This document shows, piece by piece, positions 34,777 to 44,020 of a stretch of DNA of 64,000 nucleotides. The notes under the pieces were generated by a model. That model was given only the letters and a program-made list of their open reading frames with translations. It made no database searches and had not been told where the DNA came from. The stretch is from Escherichia phage Delraymugoa, in sequence record OR896825.1; one strand, given 5' to 3'. Position 1 is the stretch's first letter. Each line of letters begins with the position of its first letter. The position numbers and the translations under genes were made by a program.

Positions 34777-37683
34777 ATGGCAGATTTAAGCAGAATCCAA
34801 TTTAAACGTACTAGCACTAAAGGCCGTCGACCTGATGCTGGTACGATGAATCCGGGGGAATTGGCAATCAACCTTGCGGATCAATATCTTCTTACTAAAA
34901 ATGATTCCGGTGCTATTATCAATTTAAGTTGTCCTCCGGTTTATGACAGCGATGTTACAATGGCGGGTAAGGTTAAAGGAAATAATTATATTTTAAGTAA
35001 AACCGCTAATTATTTTGAAGACCAAACCGCGCGAGATCTTAATTATTTTGGTGCGTTTCGACCGAATAATGCTGATGGTTGGTCTAACTTGATTCTGAAC
35101 ATTCCTCATCCCAGCGGTAAAGCACACGGTCGCGGGTTTGAATTTGAATATGGTTCTAGTTCCTCTCAGGTTAAAACCTATGGCTTTGATAAGGATGGTA
35201 ACAAGAGATTCAGCTTTCGCATGTATCACGAAGGTGATAAACCTACCCCATCGGAATTGAACGTTTATAGCAAACAAGAAGTTGACCGCATGTTTGTTAA
35301 AAACGTTAAAATGTCAACTCCTGCTGATGTAAGTAGAGGATATTTCAAAATTGCTACCGCTATGATCCCACAGCAAGGAAGAATGGCATTTATTCGTATC
35401 TATGGTGGTAATGGATATAACGTAAACTATATGGATCAAGTTGACTTTGTAGAAATCGTGATTCGTGGTGGGAATGGAAATCCTAAAGGTGTTAGTATTG
35501 CCGCATATCGACGAAATGCTTTAAATCAGCTTGAAGTATTTGCTATTAATACATCTGGTGATAACTATGATATCTATGTAAAATATGGTCGATACACCGA
35601 TAACGTTATTGTAGAATTTGGAAAAACGGTCGATGTTAATTTAACGGTTCATGATGTTCCGGCTTTTTCGGAAGCAAAACCTGCTGGTACTACCTTTGAA
35701 GGTCGTATTATTACCATGTTCAACACCGAAAACAAAGCAGGAACGTTGATGTTTGATAATAACTCACAAGCAACCTATGATATTGTGAGTCTTAGCAATG
35801 CACCTGATAATAGCCGAAATTATCTGCGTAAATTCCGTAGCAAAGCGAATGAAACAATATGGCATGAAACTGTTCAAGGTGATGTGTATCGTTTGGCTAC
35901 TGGTTCCACCGACCAAAAAGAAGTATTAAAAATTGTTGGTAGTGATGGTTTATTTGTCAATAGACTTCATCTGCAAGGCAATAACGCGATTCGTATGTGG
36001 CGTCCTACTGGTTGTAGTAACTATTTTGAATATATGGATCAGCGAGACGGGGCTAATAAACGTCAAGGGTGGTTTGGTTTTGGTTCTATAGAAACCAACG
36101 ATTTTCAATGGTATAGTGACGAAGGTAAAAACTTTGTTAAGCTAGAAGCAAGTGGTCAAGTATCTTTAAGCGCAGGTGCAACCAAAATTGTATACACTAA
36201 TGGTCAATATGTAGCTGCCAATTCTGATGCATACCGTATGATCTTTGGTAATTATGGTGCATTCTGGCGTAATGACGGCATTAAAGTTTATCTTCTGTCT
36301 ACTGCCGAAAATGATAGATTTGGTGGCTGGAACGGCAACCGACCATTCATTTACGATTTAACAACTGGTAAAGTTACTTTAGGTGGCGACGGTAACGAAG
36401 GCGCATTAGTTCTCGAAAGAGATAGCCGTGCTGCCCGTTTTGTGGGTGACATTTATGTCGGTAACGGAATGTTAACCTTTGATGCCGGACGATTAAATTC
36501 TCGCGATTACTTCCGGTTTAATCATTGGGGTGATAGCAATAACGCGCGTGATAACATCTTACAGCTTGACGATAGCATGGGTGCACACTTCACCACTGAA
36601 CGTACTTTAGCAACTGGTGCGATTAAAACTAAATTCTTCGGTGATTTGGAATCTGCTGGTCAAATTAAATGGGGTAAAGGGACCGCCGCATCTACGTTTA
36701 CTCTACGTGTATGGGGTAACGATAGTCGTAAACAAATATTTGAATGCGGCGATGAAAGCGGGTGGCATTGGTATACCCAACGCGCGGGCGGTCCGGATAC
36801 TTCTGCAATTGAGTTTGCCATCAACGGTACTGTTAAGCCTCAAGCAATTCACACTGGCGGTAATATCACGCTTAACGGTGCTGATATTGAATTTAAACGA
36901 AGCGGTAACAAGCATTTATGGTTTAGAGATCCGAACGGCTTAGAGTTGGGTCTGTTGTACTGCGATGATGCTGGTGTTATGCGTATTCGTGGGGAGAAAT
37001 CGACCGAAGTATGGAAATTCTCAGCAAAACAGATTCATCTGGAAACTGGTACTGCCGGAAATGGTGTAGGCTTGCTTCGTGGTGCTGTAGGTGGTGGCGC
37101 ATGGACTCAATGGCGAGATCGTGGCACTGGCTTGCAGGTTGATTGTCAGCAATCTGAAAACTCAGCGCATAACGTATGGAGAGCTACGCATCAAGGAAAA
37201 TACCACATCGCGGCAATGGGTGTACACGTTCCTGGTGGTACTATCGGAAATGCTATGGTGCGTATTCATGTACACGATGCAACTTTTGACTTTAGCGCAA
37301 CTGGTGATTTCCAAGCAGGTCGTAACGGTAATTTTAACGATGTGTACATTCGTTCTGATGCTCGCCTGAAAATCAATAAGGAAGAGTATAAAGAGAATGC
37401 CACCGATAAAGTTAATCGCTTGACGGTATACACCTATGACAAGGTTAAATCTTTAACCGACCGTACTGTCATTGCTCATGAAGTTGGTATTATTGCTCAG
37501 GATCTTGAGAAAGAATTGCCAGAAGCAGTAACAACCTCGAAGATCGGCGACGGTGATACACCAGAAGAGATCTTAACAATTTCTAACTCTGCTGTCAACG
37601 CTCTTTTAATTAAGGCGTTTCAGGAAATGAGCGAAGAATTGAAAGCCGTTAAAGCTGAACTAGCGGAACTTAAAAAGAATTAA
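34777..37683 (+). CDS. 37: long tail fibre distal subunit / receptor-recognising fibre (gp37-like) with C-terminal intramolecular chaperone domain
   Basis: 968 aa; C-terminus SDARLKINK...VIAHEVGIIAQDLEKELPEAV resembles peptidase S74 / endosialidase chaperone domain. Confidence 0.8.
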   Translation: MADLSRIQFKRTSTKGRRPDAGTMNPGELAINLADQYLLTKNDSGAIINLSCPPVYDSDVTMAGKVKGNNYILSKTANYFEDQTARDLNYFGAFRPNNADGWSNLILNIPHPSGKAHGRGFEFEYGSSSSQVKTYGFDKDGNKRFSFRMYHEGDKPTPSELNVYSKQEVDRMFVKNVKMSTPADVSRGYFKIATAMIPQQGRMAFIRIYGGNGYNVNYMDQVDFVEIVIRGGNGNPKGVSIAAYRRNALNQLEVFAINTSGDNYDIYVKYGRYTDNVIVEFGKTVDVNLTVHDVPAFSEAKPAGTTFEGRIITMFNTENKAGTLMFDNNSQATYDIVSLSNAPDNSRNYLRKFRSKANETIWHETVQGDVYRLATGSTDQKEVLKIVGSDGLFVNRLHLQGNNAIRMWRPTGCSNYFEYMDQRDGANKRQGWFGFGSIETNDFQWYSDEGKNFVKLEASGQVSLSAGATKIVYTNGQYVAANSDAYRMIFGNYGAFWRNDGIKVYLLSTAENDRFGGWNGNRPFIYDLTTGKVTLGGDGNEGALVLERDSRAARFVGDIYVGNGMLTFDAGRLNSRDYFRFNHWGDSNNARDNILQLDDSMGAHFTTERTLATGAIKTKFFGDLESAGQIKWGKGTAASTFTLRVWGNDSRKQIFECGDESGWHWYTQRAGGPDTSAIEFAINGTVKPQAIHTGGNITLNGADIEFKRSGNKHLWFRDPNGLELGLLYCDDAGVMRIRGEKSTEVWKFSAKQIHLETGTAGNGVGLLRGAVGGGAWTQWRDRGTGLQVDCQQSENSAHNVWRATHQGKYHIAAMGVHVPGGTIGNAMVRIHVHDATFDFSATGDFQAGRNGNFNDVYIRSDARLKINKEEYKENATDKVNRLTVYTYDKVKSLTDRTVIAHEVGIIAQDLEKELPEAVTTSKIGDGDTPEEILTISNSAVNALLIKAFQEMSEELKAVKAELAELKKN

Positions 37684-37725
37684 GGAAAAATCCCAGGGAA
37701 GGGAAACTACTAAGGAGAAACGGCT

Positions 37726-37965
37726 ATGGTCTATAATATCGTCATTGGTGCTTTGTCTAATTTCGGAATGAAATTATTGTCAAAGTTAATTAGTGAAAAG
37801 ATGCTCACTAAAATTTTCTTCTATTGCGCTCGTCGTCTTGCGGCTTATACCAATACGCCAATTGATGATCGTTTTGTGGAAGAACTTTATAAGGAGTTTA
37901 ATAAAGATCAGTCAGAAGATAGTAACGAGCAAGATAAACCTAGTGATAGTCAACTACCTAAATAA
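37726..37965 (+). CDS. small hypothetical protein (79 aa) between fibre gene and holin
   Basis: strong RBS TAAGGAGA; hydrophobic N-terminus. Confidence 0.5.
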   Translation: MVYNIVIGALSNFGMKLLSKLISEKMLTKIFFYCARRLAAYTNTPIDDRFVEELYKEFNKDQSEDSNEQDKPSDSQLPK

Positions 37966-37998
37966 GAGTACACTGTCATAGTTATCTTAGGGCATTAT

Positions 37999-38655
37999 AT
38001 GCAAGTTTCTGAAAAAGGGAAAGACTTTGCTATCTCAAATGTCCTGCGCGCTATTTTCACAACTAAAAGCACGGAGTTGCTCGTACTTCGTGTTTTTGCT
38101 GCCGTCGTGTTGTCCATATTAGCATTTGTCGTTTATAGTAAAAACGAGTTATTTGCGCTTTATAAAGAGACTCGTTATGAGACTTATGCTCACATTCTCC
38201 AGGTAGAGAAAGACCGCAATTTTGATAATGCAGCACAGGAGCAGTTACAGATAGTTCATGTGTCGGCTGATGCCGATTTTTCTGCTGTTTTTAGTTTTCG
38301 TCCGAAAAACCTAAACTATTTTGTTGATTTGGTGGCATATGAAGGAAAGCTACCTCACACAATCGATGAAAAAAATTTAGGCGGATTCCCTATCAATAAA
38401 ACGAGTGAAGAATATCGTAGGCATCTTTTAGGTAAATCATATTTTACCGATAAAGATTTCCAGTATATTCCATCAAGAGAAAAGAAATTAGAGAATATCG
38501 ATATAGGTTTCATGTATTCTTGTCCTATATTCAATCTCGATAATGTCTATTCTGGTAGTATCGCCATTTCATGGAAGAATAAACCGGATATTGACATTGA
38601 GAATTTAGATACTCTTTGCAATCAATCTGCCAGAATCCTCGGAAGGATTAGATAA
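37999..38655 (+). CDS. t: holin T
   Basis: 218 aa; LQIVHVSADADFSAVFSFRPKNLNYFVDLVAYEGKLP and CNQSARILGR match T4 holin. Confidence 0.85.
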   Translation: MQVSEKGKDFAISNVLRAIFTTKSTELLVLRVFAAVVLSILAFVVYSKNELFALYKETRYETYAHILQVEKDRNFDNAAQEQLQIVHVSADADFSAVFSFRPKNLNYFVDLVAYEGKLPHTIDEKNLGGFPINKTSEEYRRHLLGKSYFTDKDFQYIPSREKKLENIDIGFMYSCPIFNLDNVYSGSIAISWKNKPDIDIENLDTLCNQSARILGRIR

Positions 38656-38660
38656 CTTAA

Positions 38661-38692
38661 AGGGGAAGCCTTTCGGCCTCCCCTTCTTTTTA
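38661..38692 (+). terminator. rho-independent terminator after t
   Basis: hairpin AGGGGAAGCC..GGCCTCCCCT then TCTTTTTATT. Confidence 0.6.
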
Positions 38693-38938
38693 TTGGCGCA
38701 TAGAAGCCCCTGAATCGCATTTTGACGCTGTATGATGAAAACAGGTAGCGTACCAGTCATCGGCTTGTTTGTCTTCGTCAGAAAACTCATAATTTCGTTG
38801 TATGCCGTTTTCTACTTTGACCAGTTCAATAGCTGTTTCTGGAAGATCAATCAGTCGGACAAAATCACCATCTTCCCACTCTACACGAGCAATATCATAT
38901 CCCATCTCAAAGTATACAATCGCTTGTTCTAATTTCAT
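38690..38938 (-). CDS. hypothetical protein (82 aa)
   Basis: ORF. Confidence 0.4.
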   Translation of the reverse strand: MKLEQAIVYFEMGYDIARVEWEDGDFVRLIDLPETAIELVKVENGIQRNYEFSDEDKQADDWYATCFHHTASKCDSGASMRQ

Positions 38939-39264
38939 TCTGGAAACTTCCCGTAAACATTCTCTGCCAGCTTACGTGCATCTTTTACAATATCTTTCAT
39001 GTAATGACTATAATTTTTAGCTAGATCAATGATGCAATCAACAAAGAAGTAATAGCGTCGCAGTGCTACCAGCTCAACATCTTCAAGATGACCATTTTCT
39101 CCAATCGCTGAAATATGTTTAAATTCCTTTCGGATCGCGTCCATCGCTACATTAACTTCTTTTATAATATCTTTCGTATTATATGCACCTCGACTAATCA
39201 AAATTTTGGTTAGGTCTTCTGCTTTTTCGTGAAAGTTGTCAATTTCAAACTCGATCATAATCAC
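38935..39264 (-). CDS. hypothetical protein, paralog of 39373..39705
   Basis: shared C-terminus ENVYGKF / ENIFGKF and helical pattern. Confidence 0.45.
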   Translation of the reverse strand: MIMIEFEIDNFHEKAEDLTKILISRGAYNTKDIIKEVNVAMDAIRKEFKHISAIGENGHLEDVELVALRRYYFFVDCIIDLAKNYSHYMKDIVKDARKLAENVYGKFPE

Positions 39265-39372
39265 CTCTCATAATTTCACTCTGTTGTGTCAACATTTTTT
39301 CGTGGTTTGCTAATTCTATACCTTGTAATAGCATAACCAGTGCAATTTTCAATGATTCATCATCTTTCATAA

Positions 39373-39705
39373 TCAAAATTTACCGAAAATATTCTCTGTC
39401 ATAATTCTTGCTTCGTCGATTATTTTCGTCATGTTCATGGTGTAGTTATGATCATTTAGTGCCTTAATGACAACGAGCAAGGAATCTAAAAACACTCGAT
39501 ACCGGGTATATTCTACGCTATTTGTGAATACCGATGTTTTCTCTACTTTATCGATCAGATAGCCTAAAACCGATAGCGCCTCGTTTACTTCCCTTGTTAC
39601 TTTATCTGCGCTAAACAACACCGGATAAAGACGCGGTGTGATTAACCGCGCTGCCTCTTTCAATTCGGTCGCTTTCCATGATTCATATTTGTCATAGTTA
39701 AACAT
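39373..39705 (-). CDS. hypothetical protein, paralog of 38935..39264
   Basis: see above. Confidence 0.45.
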   Translation of the reverse strand: MFNYDKYESWKATELKEAARLITPRLYPVLFSADKVTREVNEALSVLGYLIDKVEKTSVFTNSVEYTRYRVFLDSLLVVIKALNDHNYTMNMTKIIDEARIMTENIFGKF

Positions 39706-39717
39706 TGTATAATCTCC

Positions 39718-40050
39718 TTACAGATGAAAACCTGTTACGATCACCGCATCGATCTTACCGCTAGGAATAAACGGTTCGCCCTCTTTTATTTCAACTTTGA
39801 ATTGATGCCATTTCGCTAATACTTCTTCCGGTACACCCAGCGATTCGGCGTCTGCTTTAGTTTCATCCATAATCCAACTAGGCTGCATGAGAGCATAGTT
39901 TACATAGTCCATTTCTGGGGTCATGTCATCAATGTTAATATATTTGCAGTTGACGCGTTTCAGAATTTCAAATTCTTTATTGTCAACCTGTACCATGTAT
40001 AATTCAGTAGTTTCTGGAATCAGTTCCCACACAATCAGTACATTTTTCAT
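39718..40050 (-). CDS. hypothetical protein (110 aa)
   Basis: ORF. Confidence 0.45.
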   Translation of the reverse strand: MKNVLIVWELIPETTELYMVQVDNKEFEILKRVNCKYINIDDMTPEMDYVNYALMQPSWIMDETKADAESLGVPEEVLAKWHQFKVEIKEGEPFIPSGKIDAVIVTGFHL

Positions 40051-40058
40051 AGTTCACC

Positions 40059-40427
40059 TCACTTAACAAAGATTTTCTTTAATGCTTTCAGGATCGTTGC
40101 TTCCGGCGCTTCTTCCGGTGGAGGAAGCAATTCTACCACTTCCTCTTCCAACTCGATATAGTCTACCAGATATTCTACATAGAATGCAAGTGCTTCCATG
40201 AAATTAGATGCTACATCCGATTCACCACAAGCGCCTACATGCATTGTATAAACATCACTGCGATCAAGTTTGTGGATGCTTCCCAGATAGTTTCGGTTAT
40301 ACCAGACTTCCCACACTTTCAGCTTTCCGGTTTTGGTTGCTGTTTTATAATCGGTTTCGTAATGATGCAATTGACGTTGCAGATCATTGATAATAACACA
40401 TTTTTCGTAATTATTTTGAATTTCCAT
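40059..40427 (-). CDS. hypothetical protein (122 aa)
   Basis: ORF. Confidence 0.45.
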   Translation of the reverse strand: MEIQNNYEKCVIINDLQRQLHHYETDYKTATKTGKLKVWEVWYNRNYLGSIHKLDRSDVYTMHVGACGESDVASNFMEALAFYVEYLVDYIELEEEVVELLPPPEEAPEATILKALKKIFVK

Positions 40428-40437
40428 GATGTAATCC

Positions 40438-40629
40438 TCACTTATCGTTAAGAAGTTCTAAAACTTTCTGTCGTACTTTGTCAATATTAGTTGATTCAAA
40501 AACTGTACGGTATCCCCAGCTTTGACCGTATGAGCGGTTGCAATCTCCATATCCCCATTGTTCAACCTGATAGTATTCAAGGAATGGGTGCTGCCGAACT
40601 ATGATACCATCGCGATTAAAAATTACCAT
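40438..40629 (-). CDS. hypothetical protein (63 aa)
   Basis: ORF. Confidence 0.35.
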   Translation of the reverse strand: MVIFNRDGIIVRQHPFLEYYQVEQWGYGDCNRSYGQSWGYRTVFESTNIDKVRQKVLELLNDK

Positions 40630-40652
40630 AATATAATCCTCACGTCAACAAC

Positions 40653-40940
40653 TTATTTTCTGTTGTGGTCACGATATGTTTTAAAATATCCCTCGTACCA
40701 CGGTAAAATATCTGGATTTTTACCACTATACAGACCTTTAACCATCATGTCAATAAGGCCATCTGGTGTTTGATAGTTTCCAGCTTTTATAAGCTCTCTG
40801 ATTAAAATCTCTCTGTATATGTCTTTCGGATCTTCGTAATCAACTTGTATTGTGGTTGTGGTCTCATTCAATTTGGTTTCTGGATTATCTCGCATCGCAT
40901 CCCACCAATCTTTTGTGCTCTTCATGTTATTGAATTGCAT
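40653..40940 (-). CDS. hypothetical protein (95 aa)
   Basis: ORF. Confidence 0.4.
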   Translation of the reverse strand: MQFNNMKSTKDWWDAMRDNPETKLNETTTTIQVDYEDPKDIYREILIRELIKAGNYQTPDGLIDMMVKGLYSGKNPDILPWYEGYFKTYRDHNRK

Positions 40941-40951
40941 AATTTAACCTC

Positions 40952-41710
40952 TTACTTGCAAACGTATTGATCTACATCAATTGCGCCACCGAATGTAGGA
41001 TGACGTTTTTCAAATCTAATAGTTCCGTCGTTTGGTTCGAAAACGGAGTATTCATATAGATCTTTCTTGCCAACATTCTTATAAAACCCGCCTTTAGTCA
41101 TAACGGTTTCTTGTACGTTTGCTTTGTGTACGTTGTATTCGTCAATGTATACAAAATCAACCATCTTCCCATTTTTAATGGTTACTTTAAGATCTCCTGG
41201 TTGATTTCCATATTTGGCATACAGTGGCGCTTCTTTAATTTTTGTGGAAATTCCATCTTTCATACTCCACTCATAACGAACGGTGCATTGATAGGTAAAA
41301 GTTTCGACCTTCGGTTCTTCGACCACTTTTGCTTCCTGTTTCGGTTGTTCTTCTTCAACCTTCGCAGAAGTCTCTGAATCGCTTTCTGACGCGGTTTCTT
41401 CTTTAGGTAATACATTCATCAAGTTTTGGATTTGAGCGTTATATACAGCCTCCAGTGGCTGAATCTGCCCGATATTGATCATTGTATCACGAACAGTTTT
41501 ATTCCAGTTTCGTTGCTCTTGTTTCAGAGACGGATCAATCTTAACAGCCTTAACATACACCTCATGAAGTTTAGAGTCCAGTGCGGAGATAGACTCATTA
41601 GCACAAATAAACTTCTCTGATTTGGTAGTAGCTTTAGCGCAATCAAAGGACGCAGCGTTAGCACCGAAAGCAGTAGCAGAAAGAACGATAGCAGCGATAA
41701 TGTTTTTCAT
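40952..41710 (-). CDS. secreted protein with DUF1311 (LprI-like) N-terminal domain
   Basis: signal peptide MKNIIAAIVLSATAFGANA; motif C.KATTKSEKFICANESISALDSKLHEVY...QRNW; acidic linker; Cys-containing C-terminal domain. Confidence 0.55.
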   Translation of the reverse strand: MKNIIAAIVLSATAFGANAASFDCAKATTKSEKFICANESISALDSKLHEVYVKAVKIDPSLKQEQRNWNKTVRDTMINIGQIQPLEAVYNAQIQNLMNVLPKEETASESDSETSAKVEEEQPKQEAKVVEEPKVETFTYQCTVRYEWSMKDGISTKIKEAPLYAKYGNQPGDLKVTIKNGKMVDFVYIDEYNVHKANVQETVMTKGGFYKNVGKKDLYEYSVFEPNDGTIRFEKRHPTFGGAIDVDQYVCK

Positions 41711-41744
41711 AATATATTCCTCACTGTTTTGTCTTGATGGGAGT

Positions 41745-41773
41745 ATCTTACTACTCCCTTAATCCGGTGTCAA
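41745..41773 (-). promoter_or_regulatory. early promoter TTGACA-N17-TAAGAT with hairpin (PeSL)
   Basis: revcomp 41768-41773 TTGACA; hairpin gggagtatcttactactccc. Confidence 0.5.
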
Positions 41774-41784
41774 CTACTTTTAAA

Positions 41785-42105
41785 TTATTTTCGCCATTCA
41801 CCGGAAACAATAAAGTTTGTAAAGTGATCGTGGTCCATGATAACGTCATTAAGTACCATATGTGGATACACTTTAGTGATAATTTTACTAAGTACCATAT
41901 GCGGATATGCTTTAGTGTAATCACGTTTACGATCAGTCATCCAGCCAACGAAAGTTGGTGCAAAGTACGGTACACCGTCAGACGATGCCATATTAAACCC
42001 TTTATCAACCATAAATGCAGCCGCCCTAAGATTTTTAATTGAAGTAGTGCGACTAATTTCAAAAACTTTATCGGTAAAATTCATTTTAAGCCCCCGCTCG
42101 TGCAT
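41785..42105 (-). CDS. hypothetical protein (106 aa)
   Basis: ORF. Confidence 0.4.
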   Translation of the reverse strand: MHERGLKMNFTDKVFEISRTTSIKNLRAAAFMVDKGFNMASSDGVPYFAPTFVGWMTDRKRDYTKAYPHMVLSKIITKVYPHMVLNDVIMDHDHFTNFIVSGEWRK

Positions 42106-42295
42106 TAATACGCATTTTCTGTATAGCCATGATCTGGTTTACTGCTTCTTCTTTACGTTCTTGCGTGATAATGTGACCAGATTCCGCAAACTCTCCAGCA
42201 ACTTCTTCTACGATCTCGCGAACTTGAGAACGTCCAAAGATGCGGTTTCCTTCGTAGCTCATAAACTCTGTTACTACTTGCTCGATAGATTTCAT
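42086..42295 (-). CDS. hypothetical protein (69 aa)
   Basis: ORF. Confidence 0.4.
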   Translation of the reverse strand: MKSIEQVVTEFMSYEGNRIFGRSQVREIVEEVAGEFAESGHIITQERKEEAVNQIMAIQKMRINARAGA

Positions 42296-42360
42296 GTGAT
42301 TCTCCTTTCGTTTGGTATGGGAGTATGTTACTACTCCCTTATCTTTACGTCAACTAGTTT

Positions 42361-42603
42361 TTAGAAATTTTTCGCTTCTTCTTCGGTCATCATCACCGCG
42401 CATTCGTGCATAACTTTGAAAACCGGGTCAATCATATCGAATGCTTCGCTGGACAGTTTACGAGAAGCGATTTTGATTGCTTCAACGTCTTCTACTACAG
42501 GAACAAAAACAGTTTTCAGTTCGTCGAGCACGGCAGCTTCTTTTTCATTCAGGAAGATCCCAGCGTCGTACAGTGCAACTTCGATAACATTAACTTTAAC
42601 CAT
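42361..42603 (-). CDS. hypothetical protein (80 aa, start trimmed to MVKVNVIE)
   Basis: ATG 42601-42603 after conserved leader. Confidence 0.45.
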   Translation of the reverse strand: MVKVNVIEVALYDAGIFLNEKEAAVLDELKTVFVPVVEDVEAIKIASRKLSSEAFDMIDPVFKVMHECAVMMTEEEAKNF

Positions 42604-42637
42604 TTTTATTTCCTCCAGTTCGTTTCGGTATGGGAGT

Positions 42638-42666
42638 ATAATACTACCGATGACCTTTGGCGTCAA
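42638..42666 (-). promoter_or_regulatory. early promoter TTGACG-N17-TATTAT
   Basis: revcomp 42661-42666 TTGACG. Confidence 0.45.
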
Positions 42667-42868
42667 CTGCTTTTTTATTATTTTCGTGAAAATTTTTCGT
42701 CGCCTCATGTGCTTTTCGCTGGGCTTCTTGTTGTGCTTGCTGGCGTGCTGCCTCTTGTGAAGCCATAACGGAAGCATTTGCAGCAGTTACAGCCGCTACC
42801 ATCGCTGCGGTATTAGCATTTACAGTACATGCACTAGCCAGCAAAGCAATTGCAATCATTTTCTTCAT
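42644..42868 (-). CDS. small lipoprotein (74 aa)
   Basis: signal peptide with lipobox LLASAC, Ala/Gln-rich mature part. Confidence 0.5.
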   Translation of the reverse strand: MKKMIAIALLASACTVNANTAAMVAAVTAANASVMASQEAARQQAQQEAQRKAHEATKNFHENNKKAVDAKGHR

Positions 42869-43104
42869 AGTTTCCCCTTTAGGTTATCTTCGACCTTCAC
42901 CCATTCCGCGTATTCTTGCGCGGCTACTTTCGGATTTAGTCCGTCTTCGTACATTGCTTCAAGTAATTCTTCGTCGGTGGGCTTATACCCTAGATAAGCC
43001 TCCACCTGATTTTTCCAAATTTTATACCAGTTCATATTATCACCAGTCAAGAGCGCGTGTCTCTGCGTCTTCCCATGCTTGATCCATAACAGCCTTGAAA
43101 ACAT
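42865..43104 (-). CDS. hypothetical protein (79 aa)
   Basis: ORF; ATGA overlap with upstream gene. Confidence 0.4.
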   Translation of the reverse strand: MFSRLLWIKHGKTQRHALLTGDNMNWYKIWKNQVEAYLGYKPTDEELLEAMYEDGLNPKVAAQEYAEWVKVEDNLKGKL

Positions 43105-43312
43105 ATTCTAAAGTATCATCTTTAGAGAATCCGAAGACCTTAGACGGAATATCTTCAATTGCTACTCCCGCGACTTCTGCATTACGCGCTTGGCAATAAT
43201 GCAACTCTAAGTTATCGAGATAGCGACCGCCTAATTTCTCCATATCATCCCAGCATTTCCAGTAACCTACTTTATTTGCAATCGCTAACACCTTGCTGTT
43301 TTCGTTGTTCAT
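43040..43312 (-). CDS. hypothetical protein (90 aa, start trimmed to MNNENSK)
   Basis: ATG 43310-43312 after conserved leader. Confidence 0.45.
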   Translation of the reverse strand: MNNENSKVLAIANKVGYWKCWDDMEKLGGRYLDNLELHYCQARNAEVAGVAIEDIPSKVFGFSKDDTLEYVFKAVMDQAWEDAETRALDW

Positions 43313-43343
43313 CTTTGATTCTCCTTTTGTTTGGTATGTGTGT

Positions 43344-43372
43344 ATTATGCAATGATGGATTTGTGAAGTCAA
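43344..43372 (-). promoter_or_regulatory. early promoter TTGACT-N17-CATAAT
   Basis: revcomp 43367-43372 TTGACT. Confidence 0.45.
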
Positions 43373-43380
43373 CAACTTTT

Positions 43381-43412
43381 TAAAATAAAAAAGCCGACCA
43401 CACGGATCGGCT
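43381..43412 (-). terminator. rho-independent terminator
   Basis: hairpin AGCCGACC..GGATCGGCT, UUUUUAUUUUA on minus. Confidence 0.6.
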
Positions 43413-43422
43413 TAATAATCAG

Positions 43423-43818
43423 TTACTTACTAAATTTCTTTTTGGCTTCGTCTACCGCATGAGATGCCAGTACCGCAGCCGCATGTGCACTTTTATCTGT
43501 GTTGCAGAGAACGCCCAGATAAACATCACGCCAAAGTTTAATCATCTCGTAGATCATATCAATATCATTTTCTTGTTTGTTGGCGATGCTATTCGTCGTT
43601 ATCTGGTAAGGTAACGGCTTGATCTGTACTGGTTCCGCCATCGGGCTAATCGGTTTCGGATCAGTCATAATAGGTGCTGTTGTGGGTGGTGTTTTCCATA
43701 CGTCATTATTCCACGGTTTAATCGTTGTATCGTAAAGTTTATAAGGATTTTTGTCTGGATTAACCATCCAGGCATGATGAGTACCCAAACCATTTGAAGT
43801 GATGCGTCGTTCAGTCAT
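43423..43818 (-). CDS. hypothetical protein (131 aa)
   Basis: ORF. Confidence 0.45.
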   Translation of the reverse strand: MTERRITSNGLGTHHAWMVNPDKNPYKLYDTTIKPWNNDVWKTPPTTAPIMTDPKPISPMAEPVQIKPLPYQITTNSIANKQENDIDMIYEMIKLWRDVYLGVLCNTDKSAHAAAVLASHAVDEAKKKFSK

Positions 43819-44020
43819 ACTTTCCCTCCAAAAATTCTTTCATCAAATAGTCTATCGTTGCTCTGTGTTCTGGTGTGTTTGTTATCTCTGCTAACTTAGT
43901 CAGAGATTCAATAGTGATCCGGTTGGCTTCTTCCATAGTCTCAACGACCATTGGCACAATCTTTTTATTGTTGTACACAAATGCAATATAACCGCCTTCT
44001 GGATATTCTTTCATAATCAA
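43811..44020 (-). CDS. hypothetical protein (69 aa)
   Basis: ORF. Confidence 0.4.
   Translation of the reverse strand: MIMKEYPEGGYIAFVYNNKKIVPMVVETMEEANRITIESLTKLAEITNTPEHRATIDYLMKEFLEGKYD

Noticed and set aside
37793-37981. Alternative plus-strand frame (62 aa) overlapping ORF 37726..37965
   Set aside because: The 37726 frame has a strong RBS (TAAGGAGA) at correct spacing; the alternative frame has none.
42361-42777. 138-aa track ORF overlapping the lipoprotein gene
   Set aside because: N-terminal 58 residues run through promoter and hairpin and overlap 42644..42868 in another frame; trimmed to start at ATG 42601-42603.
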